Source of the DNA: an uncultured Chloroflexia bacterium
Lineage (GTDB): Bacteria; Chloroflexota; Limnocylindria; Limnocylindrales; CSP1-4
DNA: 64,000 nt
NCBI GenBank assembly: GCA_963781705.1
Contig: CAWAGP010000010.1
Span: forward strand, 746,767-810,766
Reading direction: 5' to 3'
Part shown: in pieces, positions 9,104 through 16,925 of the stretch
Position numbering within the stretch: position 1 is the first letter of the stretch
Layout: each line of letters opens with the position of its first letter
The notes under the pieces: generated by a model
Told to the model about the DNA's origin: nothing
Databases searched by the model: none
Seen by the model: only the letters and a program-made list of their open reading frames with translations
Program-made: the position numbers and the translations under genes

Positions 9104-9505
9104 TTACGGCACGCCCGCCAATTGCGCCTGGGTCAGCGCGGCTCTCGCCTGGACCTCGTCGTCGACGGTGAAGGCCATCTCGAGCACGCCTTCGCGCCGG
9201 CCGATGCACATCGTGCCGAGCACGTTCACGCCCGCGTTGGCCAGGCGTTCGGTCACGTCGGCGAGTCCGCCCGGCTGGTCGAGTACATCGACGACGACGG
9301 CGGCGCCCTCGATGAAGTCGTGGCCCAGGCCGCGCAGTACCTCGCGCGCGGCGTCGTCGGACGTCGTCATGAATGCGCAGGCCACGGAACCGGTGCCGGC
9401 ACATGAGATGTGCGTGATGTTGATGCCGCGCGCGCCCATTGATCGGGCAAGGTGGGCGAGCTCGCCGGGCCGGTTGTCGAGTTGAACCACGAACTGGCGC
9501 TGCAT
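9104..9505 (-). CDS. Tandem ACT-domain protein (putative small-molecule-binding regulator)
   Basis: MQRQFVVQLDNRPGELAHLARSMGARGINI and a second VDVLDQPGGLADVTERLANAGVNV repeat are typical ACT folds. A GGAGG lies 8 nt upstream of ATG 9505. First gene of the hdr/mvh operon. Confidence 0.75.
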   Translation of the reverse strand: MQRQFVVQLDNRPGELAHLARSMGARGINITHISCAGTGSVACAFMTTSDDAAREVLRGLGHDFIEGAAVVVDVLDQPGGLADVTERLANAGVNVLGTMCIGRREGVLEMAFTVDDEVQARAALTQAQLAGVP

Positions 9506-9735
9506 CCAAGCCTCCGTCGAACCTGAGAGACTCCGTTCGAATCGGCCGAACAACCGCTGCCGTGACGACACGCACGGTCACCACGTGCAACCGCTGGCAG
9601 CGTCGGCCGAACCGGCCGTGGGCGACTAGGGCCGTAGTGCCCGTCAGGTCGTGCCATTGCTCACGTGCCTCTGGGCCTCCGCGCGAGGCTGGTGGCCCTT
9701 GGGCGTCCTCCGTCGGACACCGATATGCTCGTCGC

Positions 9736-11067
9736 ATGCCCGACGAAGCCGCCCGGACGGGTCTCGCGGTTCTCGACATGGCGCGCGCCGAGCGCTTCGC
9801 CGAGATCGCCGGTATGTTCCTTCCGCAGCTGCGGGCGATGGTCTCGGCCGGAGCCGTCGAGGCCGCGTGGAACGCGGTGGTGAGCGAACTCGGAGCCCTC
9901 AGTTCCGCAGGCACACCGGTCACCGAGGAGAGTGCGGCCGGCGCGACCGTCGTCAAGATCCCGCTGACGTTCGAGCACGGCGCCAGAACACTCGTCGTCA
10001 GCGTGAGCGCGTCGGGTGGCCTGTCTGGCGTCCAGGTCGCTTCGGCCGAGGCCGCCCGGCCGGTTAGCCCGTGGCTGCCGCCCACCTACGCCGATCCGGG
10101 AGCCTTCGACGAGCATGACGTTGTCGTCGGCGATGGCCCGCTGACGGTGCCGGGCACGATGAGCGTGCCCCATGGCGCCGGCCCCTTCGCCGGGATCGTG
10201 TTGCTGTCGGGATCCGGCCCGAACGACCGCGACGGCACGGTCGGGCGCAACAAGCCGCTCAAGGACGTGGCATGGGGCCTTGCCAGCCGTGGCATAGCCG
10301 TACTACGTTTCGACAAGGTCACCCTGGCCCATCCCGCCGAGGTCATGAAGCTCGGCGACATCACGCTGAGTGCCGAGTACGGGCAGGCCGCCGCCGCCGT
10401 CCAGCTCCTCCGGCAGCACGCCGGGGTGGACGGTGAGCACGTCTTTCTCCTTGGTCACAGCCTGGGCGGCACCGTCGCCCCGCGCATCGCCGCCGGCGAC
10501 ACGTCGATTGCCGGACTGGTTCTTTTCGCCGGCGGGGCGGCCCCGCTGCAATGGGTGCTCGTCCGCCAGATGCGCTACCTGGCGTCACTGGATCCCGCGT
10601 CGGCGCCCGCGGCCGAGCCGGCGCTGGCTGCCATGACTGAACGGGCAAAGGCGGTCGACAACCCCGATCTGTCGCCGGCGACGCCGAGCGACCAGCTGCC
10701 CTTCGGCCTGCCGGCCTCATATTGGCTGGACCTGCGCGCATACCGTCCGGCACAGGTTGCCGCTTCGCTGGGCCGCCCGATCCTGCTGCTCCAGGGCGGC
10801 CGCGACTACCAGGCGACCGTTGCTGACGACCTGGCCATTTGGCAGGCCGGGCTCGCCGGCACGCCCGATGTCACGATGCGCATCTACCCGGAGGACAATC
10901 ACTTCTTCTTCGTCGGCAGCGGCAAGTCGTCGCCGGCCGAGCTCGAAGCGGTCCAGCACGTCGATCCGGCGGTCGTCTCCGACATCGCCGGTTGGCTGCT
11001 CGCCACCAGCCGCGCCGAGCGACCCACTCGATCCGAATCACGCGATCCGTCCCGGAGGCAGACATGA
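9736..11067 (+). CDS. Alpha/beta hydrolase with an N-terminal DUF3887-like domain
   Basis: GHSLGG nucleophile elbow (LLGHSLGGTVAP) and a late NHFF region with His. ATG 9736 was chosen; the upstream part of the ORF is Arg-rich and overlaps the divergent promoter region. Confidence 0.75.
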   Translation: MPDEAARTGLAVLDMARAERFAEIAGMFLPQLRAMVSAGAVEAAWNAVVSELGALSSAGTPVTEESAAGATVVKIPLTFEHGARTLVVSVSASGGLSGVQVASAEAARPVSPWLPPTYADPGAFDEHDVVVGDGPLTVPGTMSVPHGAGPFAGIVLLSGSGPNDRDGTVGRNKPLKDVAWGLASRGIAVLRFDKVTLAHPAEVMKLGDITLSAEYGQAAAAVQLLRQHAGVDGEHVFLLGHSLGGTVAPRIAAGDTSIAGLVLFAGGAAPLQWVLVRQMRYLASLDPASAPAAEPALAAMTERAKAVDNPDLSPATPSDQLPFGLPASYWLDLRAYRPAQVAASLGRPILLLQGGRDYQATVADDLAIWQAGLAGTPDVTMRIYPEDNHFFFVGSGKSSPAELEAVQHVDPAVVSDIAGWLLATSRAERPTRSESRDPSRRQT

Positions 11068-11414
11068 CAGATACCGAACCATCCGCAACGCCTGTGTCCT
11101 GGCGCGATGTAACCCACAACATGCCGGTGCTGTCGAGCGACGGCGAGAGCGTCGGCCACGTGACAGAGGTACTCGGATCCCAACAGGAAGACATCTTCCA
11201 TGGCATCGAGGTGCACCTCGGCCGCCTCGGCCATCGCGTGGTGGTACTCGCCGATCAGGTGGCCTCCATCTCAACCGCGTCCGTGGTCCTGTCGCTGACC
11301 AGCGCCGAAGTCGAGGCACTGCCCGAGCACACCGAAGAGCGCGCCTTCGAACTCGGCTGGACCGGGTTACGCAAGCATCTCGGCTGGGTCGAGGAGAAGG
11401 ACTGGAAGCGCTGA
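11064..11414 (+). CDS. PRC-barrel/DUF2171-like small protein
   Basis: 116 aa. The VLSSDGESVGHVTEVLGSQQEDIFHGIEV pattern resembles PRC-barrel/DUF2171 proteins. ATGA-type overlap with the hydrolase stop. Confidence 0.55.
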   Translation: MTDTEPSATPVSWRDVTHNMPVLSSDGESVGHVTEVLGSQQEDIFHGIEVHLGRLGHRVVVLADQVASISTASVVLSLTSAEVEALPEHTEERAFELGWTGLRKHLGWVEEKDWKR

Positions 11415-11439
11415 CGCCAGGCTGTTCCACTCGCCCCTG

Positions 11440-12102
11440 ATGGCGAACAAGACACCTGCCGGCCTGCGCGCCTTCGTCCGCCGGCACACCAGCCTGCAGC
11501 AGACACCCGACCTTCCTGGCGTCAGGCTGCACGTCGGGGGCGACGCGATGGCGCTGTTGCAGGCGGCGGGTGCTGCACTCGGCCAGCCGGATCCGCCGCT
11601 TCCATTCTGGGCCTACCCGTGGTCGGGTGGCCTGGCCATCGCCCGCTACCTGGTCGATCATCCCGAGGTCGTTGTCGACCGGCGCGTCCTTGACGTGGCC
11701 TCCGGCAGCGGGCTATGCGCCATCGTCGCGCTGCAGCAGGGTGCTTCGGAAGCCCTGGCGGTGGATGTCGACCCGCTGGCCGGGGCGGCGATTGCCCTCA
11801 ACGGTCGCGTGAACGGCGTACATCCAGCGTTTACCAGGCGCGATGTGCTGGACCAGCCGCCGGATGGATGGGAGGTCGTGCTGGCCGGCGACATCTGCTA
11901 CGAAGAGGCGATGGCGACTCGCCTGCTCGATTGGCTGAGCGATGCGGCGCGCCACGGCAGTCGCGTCCTGATCGGCGATCCGGGCCGACGTTACCTACCG
12001 GCGGGGCTGCATCGACTGGCCAGCTATCGCGTTCGAACGAGCCGCGAGATCGAGGAGTCGCTGGTCAAGGAGTCGTCGGTCTACTCGTTGGTCCCCAGCT
12101 AG
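11440..12102 (+). CDS. Class I SAM-dependent methyltransferase (Methyltransf_16 / protein-lysine MTase-like)
   Basis: VLDVASGSGLCAIVA (motif I), AVDVDP (motif II) and VVLAGDICYE (post-II) are characteristic. Confidence 0.75.
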   Translation: MANKTPAGLRAFVRRHTSLQQTPDLPGVRLHVGGDAMALLQAAGAALGQPDPPLPFWAYPWSGGLAIARYLVDHPEVVVDRRVLDVASGSGLCAIVALQQGASEALAVDVDPLAGAAIALNGRVNGVHPAFTRRDVLDQPPDGWEVVLAGDICYEEAMATRLLDWLSDAARHGSRVLIGDPGRRYLPAGLHRLASYRVRTSREIEESLVKESSVYSLVPS

Positions 12103-12135
12103 GCGGGTCCCAAGAAGGCAGGCGCTGTTCAGCCG

Positions 12136-12507
12136 GTGCACAGCGGGTTCCCAGCCGTCGCCCCTAACGTCCCACGCATGCCAGTCAACTCGCCGCGCAA
12201 TTCGCGACCTCACCCTGCCGTGGTGGCGCGCGATCGGGCTGTACGCCGTGTTTCGCGGCTGACCGTCGCTACGGCGATCGCCGGCACTGCTGCCGCCGTT
12301 GGATTCGCCGGCCTGGCGGCCGTTACCTATGCCGGCACGACTCCGACGGCGACCACCCAGACAAACCAGGTGCAGTCCGACCAGCTCGCCAACGGTGTGG
12401 CCGCGCCGGCGCCAGCCACGGTCAATTCGCGCAACCGCATCCAGACGGTTCAGCCGCCTGGTTACAGCAGCGGCCGGGCGCGCGTGTCCTCAGGAGGCTC
12501 GGGATGA
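12136..12507 (+). CDS. Small exported or membrane-anchored protein with an RR-containing leader and a C-terminal SSGGSG tail
   Basis: GTG 12136, or alternatively ATG 12178. AVRRVSRL plus the hydrophobic TVATAIAGTAAAVGFAGLAAVTYA resembles a Tat/Sec leader or TM anchor. The rest is low-complexity T/Q/P-rich. Its stop overlaps the apbE ATG (ATGA). Confidence 0.5.
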   Translation: MHSGFPAVAPNVPRMPVNSPRNSRPHPAVVARDRAVRRVSRLTVATAIAGTAAAVGFAGLAAVTYAGTTPTATTQTNQVQSDQLANGVAAPAPATVNSRNRIQTVQPPGYSSGRARVSSGGSG

Positions 12508-13469
12508 CCATCACCTCAGCTCACTGGAACGCGATCGGCACGAACGTCGATCTGCTCGTCTACGACGGTCCGTTGGCACCCGCGCGAGCTGCCCTCGAGG
12601 CGTTGATCGAAGCCGCCGACCGCAGCTATAGCCGATTCCGGCCGGACAGCGAGCTGGCGCGCGTCAATGCTGCCGCCGGCGGCCGCGTCCAGGTCGGCTC
12701 TTTGTTCGCGCAGGCGCTGGAAGCCGGACTGCGCGGCGCCCGCCTGTCGGACGGCCTCGTTGACCCGACGGTCGGTCGGCTGCTCCGACTGGCTGGCTAT
12801 GACGCCGACTTCGCCGAGGTGGCTCGGCGCGGTTCGGCGCCGGTCCTGAAGGTTGAATCGATCGCCGGTTGGTTGGCCATAGATTGGAACTCCCAGGCAA
12901 GCACGGTCCGAGTTCCGGCCGGAGTCGAGCTCGACTTCGGCGCCACCGGCAAGGCGCTGCTGGTCGACCTGGGGGCCGAGGCCGCAATCCACGCACTGCC
13001 CCGTGATGCCGGCGTCCTGGTTGCCATCGGTGGTGACATTCGCATCGCCGGCGCTGTGCCTGCGCAGGGCTGGCGCGTGCGCATGGCCGAGGACAGCCGC
13101 ACGCCATGGCGCGGCGGGGGAGAGGTTGCCGTCCTGCGCCAGGGCGCGCTCGCCACCTCGAGTACCACCGTGCGGCGGTGGGGTGGCCGGGGGGCGGTCA
13201 TGCACCACCTCATCGATCCACGCACTGGTCGGCCGGCCAATGGGCCGTGGCGCACGGTGTCGGTCGCCGCCGCGACCTGCGTCGACGCGAACATCTGTTC
13301 GACGACCGGCGTGATGCTTGGAGAGCACGCCACCGGGTGGCTCAACGAGCGTGCCGTGCCGGCGCGGCTCGTATCGCGCACGGGCGACATCGTGCGTATC
13401 GGGGGATGGGCACCGGTACCGGTGCGTGTGGCGATGGAAGTGCCCAGCTCGGTGAGCGCGGCGGCGTGA
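12504..13469 (+). CDS. apbE: FAD:protein FMN transferase (ApbE family)
   Basis: 321 aa. SRFRPDSELARVN, GLVDPTVG, DFGATGKA and the C-terminal HHLIDPRTGRP are canonical ApbE motifs. No obvious signal peptide or lipobox. Confidence 0.9.
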   Translation: MTITSAHWNAIGTNVDLLVYDGPLAPARAALEALIEAADRSYSRFRPDSELARVNAAAGGRVQVGSLFAQALEAGLRGARLSDGLVDPTVGRLLRLAGYDADFAEVARRGSAPVLKVESIAGWLAIDWNSQASTVRVPAGVELDFGATGKALLVDLGAEAAIHALPRDAGVLVAIGGDIRIAGAVPAQGWRVRMAEDSRTPWRGGGEVAVLRQGALATSSTTVRRWGGRGAVMHHLIDPRTGRPANGPWRTVSVAAATCVDANICSTTGVMLGEHATGWLNERAVPARLVSRTGDIVRIGGWAPVPVRVAMEVPSSVSAAA

Positions 13470-14062
13470 GCGATCAACTGCTGTGGTTCGCCAGCCGCGG
13501 CTCCGGGATCGTGTCGCTCATCCTGCTCACCGCCGTGGGAGTGCTGGGCCTGCTGGCGGTGGCCGGTTGGCAGCGACCAGGTTGGCCGCGCTTCCTGACC
13601 GCTGATCTGCACAACAACCTCGCCCTGCTGGCGGTCGCCTTCGTTGCGGTCCACATCGTGTCTGCCGTGATTGATCCGTTCACCTCGTTGGGCATCTCGG
13701 CGGCAGTCATCCCATTCGCATCGTCGTACCGGCCATTGTGGGTCGGCCTCGGTGTCATCTCGGTCTACCTCGTCATCGCCATGATTGCCACCAGCCTGCT
13801 GCGTGAGCGCATGGGCCAGCGTGCCTGGCGCGCCGTCCACTGGGTCGCGTATGCGGCTTGGCCGCTGGCGGTTGCCCACGCCCTCGGCTCGGGCAGTGAC
13901 GCCTTCTCCGGTTGGTTCATGGCCATCGCCGCCATGTGTGTGCTCGCCATCTCGGCGGCCCTGTCGGCGCGCATCTGGTTGGCCCGCTCCCGACGGGCCG
14001 AGCTTCCCCTGGTCGTCGCCGAGTCCCGCCTACCCACGCCATTCGTCGGGCGCGAGCGCTGA
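13466..14062 (+). CDS. Ferric-reductase-like transmembrane domain protein (bis-heme b type)
   Basis: The GTG start overlaps the apbE stop (GTGA). About 6 TM segments. Two intramembrane His pairs: H-x13-H (LHNNLALLAVAFVAVH) and H-x12-H (HWVAYAAWPLAVAH), the spacing known from NOX/FRE bis-heme domains. Confidence 0.8.
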   Translation: MSDQLLWFASRGSGIVSLILLTAVGVLGLLAVAGWQRPGWPRFLTADLHNNLALLAVAFVAVHIVSAVIDPFTSLGISAAVIPFASSYRPLWVGLGVISVYLVIAMIATSLLRERMGQRAWRAVHWVAYAAWPLAVAHALGSGSDAFSGWFMAIAAMCVLAISAALSARIWLARSRRAELPLVVAESRLPTPFVGRER

Positions 14063-14063
14063 G

Positions 14064-15296
14064 GTGGAGCCTCGCCTGTTTGCCGGGCCACCCCTGGCCG
14101 CCGGCGCCGAGTCGCTGGGCGCCCACCTCGAGCGCCTGGGTCCGTTGCCGGTCGGTCGCCTCGATCTGACGGACGAGCTCGCGGCCAGCGGGCTGCTGGG
14201 ACGGGGCGGCGCGGCCTTTCCCGTCGCGCGCAAGTGGCGCAGTGTGGCCGAGCGCGGCGCCGGCGACGCGCGGCTGCTGGTTAACGGCGCCGAAGGCGAG
14301 CCGCTCAGCGCCAAAGATCGCACGCTGATGGCTCTACGGCCTCAGGTGGTCGTCGACGGAGCGTTGCTGGCAGCGGACGCTGTCGGTGCGCGCGAGATCG
14401 TCTTCTACATCGGTGCTGCGCAGCAGAAGGCGCGCGCGGCCGTCGCCCACGCGCTCGGCGAACGGCGCTCGGCGCGCCGGCGGCCAACGGTCTCGATCAG
14501 GCTGATTGCCGCGCCCGACGCCTACGTCGCGGGCGAAGAATCGGCCGCCGTTCATTTCGTGAACGCGGGCGACGCGCGGCCGACGACCACGCCGCCGCGT
14601 CCCTTCGAGCGCGGTATCGCTGGTCGGCCCACGCTCGTCCAGAATGCCGAGACGCTCGCGCACGTCGCCCTTATCGCCCGCTTCGGCTCGTCGTGGTACC
14701 GCGCACTCGGACGTGGCGCAACGCCTGGTTCAGGCCTGCTGACGCTCCACGGCGTGCGGGCGCGCGGCGTTCGCGAGGTCGAGTTCGGCACAACCGTCGG
14801 CGAACTGGCGGCCGGCGCCGGCCTCGACCAGGATGACATGCACGCCGTGCTCCTCGGCGGTTATTTCGGCGCCTTCGTGACGCCCGAGCGGGCCATGGGG
14901 CTGGCGCTCGACCCCCTCGGCTTACGCGGTGCCGGTCTTGGTCTGGGCAGCGGCGTCGTCGCCTTCCTCGGCCGGTCGGAGTGCGGCGTCAGGACGACGG
15001 CCGGGGTCATCGAATACATGGCCGCGCAGAGCGCCGCGCAGTGCGGTCCGTGTGTCTTCGGACTGCGCGCCATCGCCGATACCGTTGCTGCCGTGGCCAA
15101 CCTCCATGCGATGCCGGCCGACATCGAGCGCCTGCGGCGCTGGAACACGCAGCTCGTGGGACGCGGCGCCTGCCATCATCCCGACGGCGCCGCCAGCCTG
15201 CTGGCCTCTGCGTTCGACGTCTTTGCCACGGAGTTCGCCCTGCACGTCAACCACCGCAGTTGCTCCGCGCCGGCCGATCTACGCCGGGCGGCATGA
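14064..15296 (+). CDS. NuoF-like flavoprotein (Complex1_51K FMN/NADH domain, SLBB, NADH_4Fe-4S domain)
   Basis: GRGGAAFPVARKW, NGAEGEP and the C-terminal QCGPCVFG...GRGACHH cluster motif match NuoF/HoxF-type proteins. GTG 14064 lies 1 nt after the preceding stop. Confidence 0.85.
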   Translation: MEPRLFAGPPLAAGAESLGAHLERLGPLPVGRLDLTDELAASGLLGRGGAAFPVARKWRSVAERGAGDARLLVNGAEGEPLSAKDRTLMALRPQVVVDGALLAADAVGAREIVFYIGAAQQKARAAVAHALGERRSARRRPTVSIRLIAAPDAYVAGEESAAVHFVNAGDARPTTTPPRPFERGIAGRPTLVQNAETLAHVALIARFGSSWYRALGRGATPGSGLLTLHGVRARGVREVEFGTTVGELAAGAGLDQDDMHAVLLGGYFGAFVTPERAMGLALDPLGLRGAGLGLGSGVVAFLGRSECGVRTTAGVIEYMAAQSAAQCGPCVFGLRAIADTVAAVANLHAMPADIERLRRWNTQLVGRGACHHPDGAASLLASAFDVFATEFALHVNHRSCSAPADLRRAA

Positions 15297-15535
15297 GCCA
15301 ACTGCGCGGCGCCTACGCCAGCGTCGGCCGGACCCGACTGGTTGTCGATCGCATAGCCTGCGATGGACGCGGCCTGTGCGCGGAACTGCTTCCCGAACTG
15401 ATCACCCTGGATGAGTGGGGCTATCCCATCGTCGCCCAGGGGGAGGTGCCCGGCGCTCTCGAGCCGCTCGCCAGGCGTGCTGTCGGAGCATGTCCACTCA
15501 TGGCTCTGCGGTCGGAGGTGGCGCCGCCCAGGTAG
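15293..15535 (+). CDS. Small ferredoxin (single-cluster Fer4_15-like)
   Basis: 80 aa. VVDRIACDGRGLCAELLPE...GACP matches the CxxGxC...CP pattern of single-cluster ferredoxins. ATGA overlap with the NuoF-like gene. Confidence 0.7.
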   Translation: MSQLRGAYASVGRTRLVVDRIACDGRGLCAELLPELITLDEWGYPIVAQGEVPGALEPLARRAVGACPLMALRSEVAPPR

Positions 15536-15540
15536 CAGAG

Positions 15541-15577
15541 CACCACTGGCAGTGGTGTCCCAGCTCAGCGGTGCTGG
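15541..15577 (+). terminator. GC-rich stem-loops downstream of the ferredoxin gene (possible operon end)
   Basis: CACCACTG-G-CAGTGGTG (15541-15557) begins 6 nt after the stop and is followed by CCAGC...GCTGG. There is no U-tract, which is common in high-GC genomes. Confidence 0.3.
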
Positions 15578-15621
15578 CGCGCCTTAGCGCCCGCGGCCCG
15601 TGAGATAATCGGAGCCCCGTC

Positions 15622-16005
15622 ATGAAGGAGAGCGCCGCCGTGACCGCCACCGGCCTATCAGCCACCCCGGCCGAATACCGCAAGCGGCTCGCTCAGCAAT
15701 CTGACGAGCAGATCGACTCGTGGGCGGCGGAGCTGATGCGCGACATCTCCATCAGTCACGGCGTCACGCATGTCCTCGACAATCTGCGCTCCGCCTTCTC
15801 TGCTGACGACACCGGTTTGCAGCGGATCTACGCTCGCGGCGGCGGACCGTCGGCCGCAGTCGGCCACACCGAGGATGGCCGCCTGATGGTCCCGGCCATA
15901 TCGCTGCTCTACTTCGTGAGTGGCGCGCGCTTGGTGTTGCCCGACGCGCGGGCCCGGCTCATCAACTACCTGGTCAAGAACTTCGACGAACTGATCTATA
16001 TCTAG
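15622..16005 (+). CDS. Hypothetical protein (127 aa)
   Basis: ATG with GGAG 8 nt upstream. Amino-acid composition is non-repetitive and coding-like, and the 3' end has lower GC. I recognise no family. Confidence 0.5.
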   Translation: MKESAAVTATGLSATPAEYRKRLAQQSDEQIDSWAAELMRDISISHGVTHVLDNLRSAFSADDTGLQRIYARGGGPSAAVGHTEDGRLMVPAISLLYFVSGARLVLPDARARLINYLVKNFDELIYI

Positions 16006-16036
16006 ACCGCGATCCAGCTCGCGCGCGGATCGGCCC

Positions 16037-16891
16037 GTGGGACGCGCGCTCGGAGCCGTCCGCGTTGTCCATCCGGTTCCGTCGCTGGTCAACGCCGCTC
16101 TGGTCGTCGCCCTTGCCATCGTGGCGGCGGCACACGCTGGTGGCGCGCCGTCCAGCCGGGTGGTCGCGGTAGCAGCTCTGGGGCTGGGAATGCTCGGCCT
16201 GCAGTTCTGCATCGGTGCGACAAACGATTACGTCGACGCTCAGTCGGACGCGCGCAGCAAGCCGAGCAAGCCGATACCCAGCGGTCTGATCTCAAGCGGC
16301 GCTGTCCGGATGGTGGCCCTGGCCTGCGGCGGGGAAGCGCTGGTCGTCGCGGGGATGTTCGGTCCGCTTGTTCTGGCCATGGCGGCGGCCATGCTGGCGG
16401 CCGGCCTGACCTACGACCTGTGGCTCAAGCCAACCCCGCTGGCGTGGCTGTGCTTCTCGATTGCGTTCCCAATACTGCCCGTCTATGCCTGGTTCGGAAT
16501 GACCGGCCAGTTGCCGCCGAACTGGGGAATGCTGCTGCCGATGGCCGCTCTGGCCGGCCCGGCCATACAGCTGGCGAACGGCTTGGTCGACCTGGATGCC
16601 GATGAGCGCGCCGGTTTGACGACCCTGGCCGTACGCCTCGGCCGCCGTCGGGTAGTCGCGCTCATGAGCGCGATCCTGATCGTCATCCACGTCCTCGCGT
16701 GGTCAACGCTTGCCCACTCGCCGTCGGCGGTTGCCGTGGCGGCCGTAGCCAGCGGCTCACTGCTGGCGATCACGGGCGTCGCGCTCAGCGCGCGCGTATC
16801 GGCCCCGTGGCGCGAAGCGGGCTGGCAGGCACAGTGCCTGGGCATCGCTGCGCTCGCGACGGGCTGGTTGTTGGCCGCCGCCAGCGCCTGA
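16037..16891 (+). CDS. UbiA-family prenyltransferase
   Basis: Polytopic membrane protein with NDYVDAQSD (NDxxDxxxD) and a second Asp-rich motif (LVDLDADE). Confidence 0.8.
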   Translation: MGRALGAVRVVHPVPSLVNAALVVALAIVAAAHAGGAPSSRVVAVAALGLGMLGLQFCIGATNDYVDAQSDARSKPSKPIPSGLISSGAVRMVALACGGEALVVAGMFGPLVLAMAAAMLAAGLTYDLWLKPTPLAWLCFSIAFPILPVYAWFGMTGQLPPNWGMLLPMAALAGPAIQLANGLVDLDADERAGLTTLAVRLGRRRVVALMSAILIVIHVLAWSTLAHSPSAVAVAAVASGSLLAITGVALSARVSAPWREAGWQAQCLGIAALATGWLLAAASA

Positions 16892-16925
16892 GACCGACCT
16901 GGCGCTGCTTCGGGCGCGCCGGCAG

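Noticed and set aside
7509-9485. 658-aa ORF on the plus strand
   Set aside because: It is entirely antisense to the strongly recognisable HdrCB gene. Its Arg/Ala/Gly/His-rich low-complexity composition is typical of the mirror frame in high-GC DNA, and it has no recognisable motifs.
9506-9735. Repeated TCGGCCGAAC / CAACCGCTG segments and small hairpins in the ACT/hydrolase divergent intergenic region
   Set aside because: The repeats are short (9-10 nt), GC-rich and imperfect. I cannot distinguish them from chance in 70% GC DNA without statistics.
12797-13879. 360-aa ORF on the minus strand
   Set aside because: Antisense to apbE and the ferric-reductase gene. A compositional artefact.
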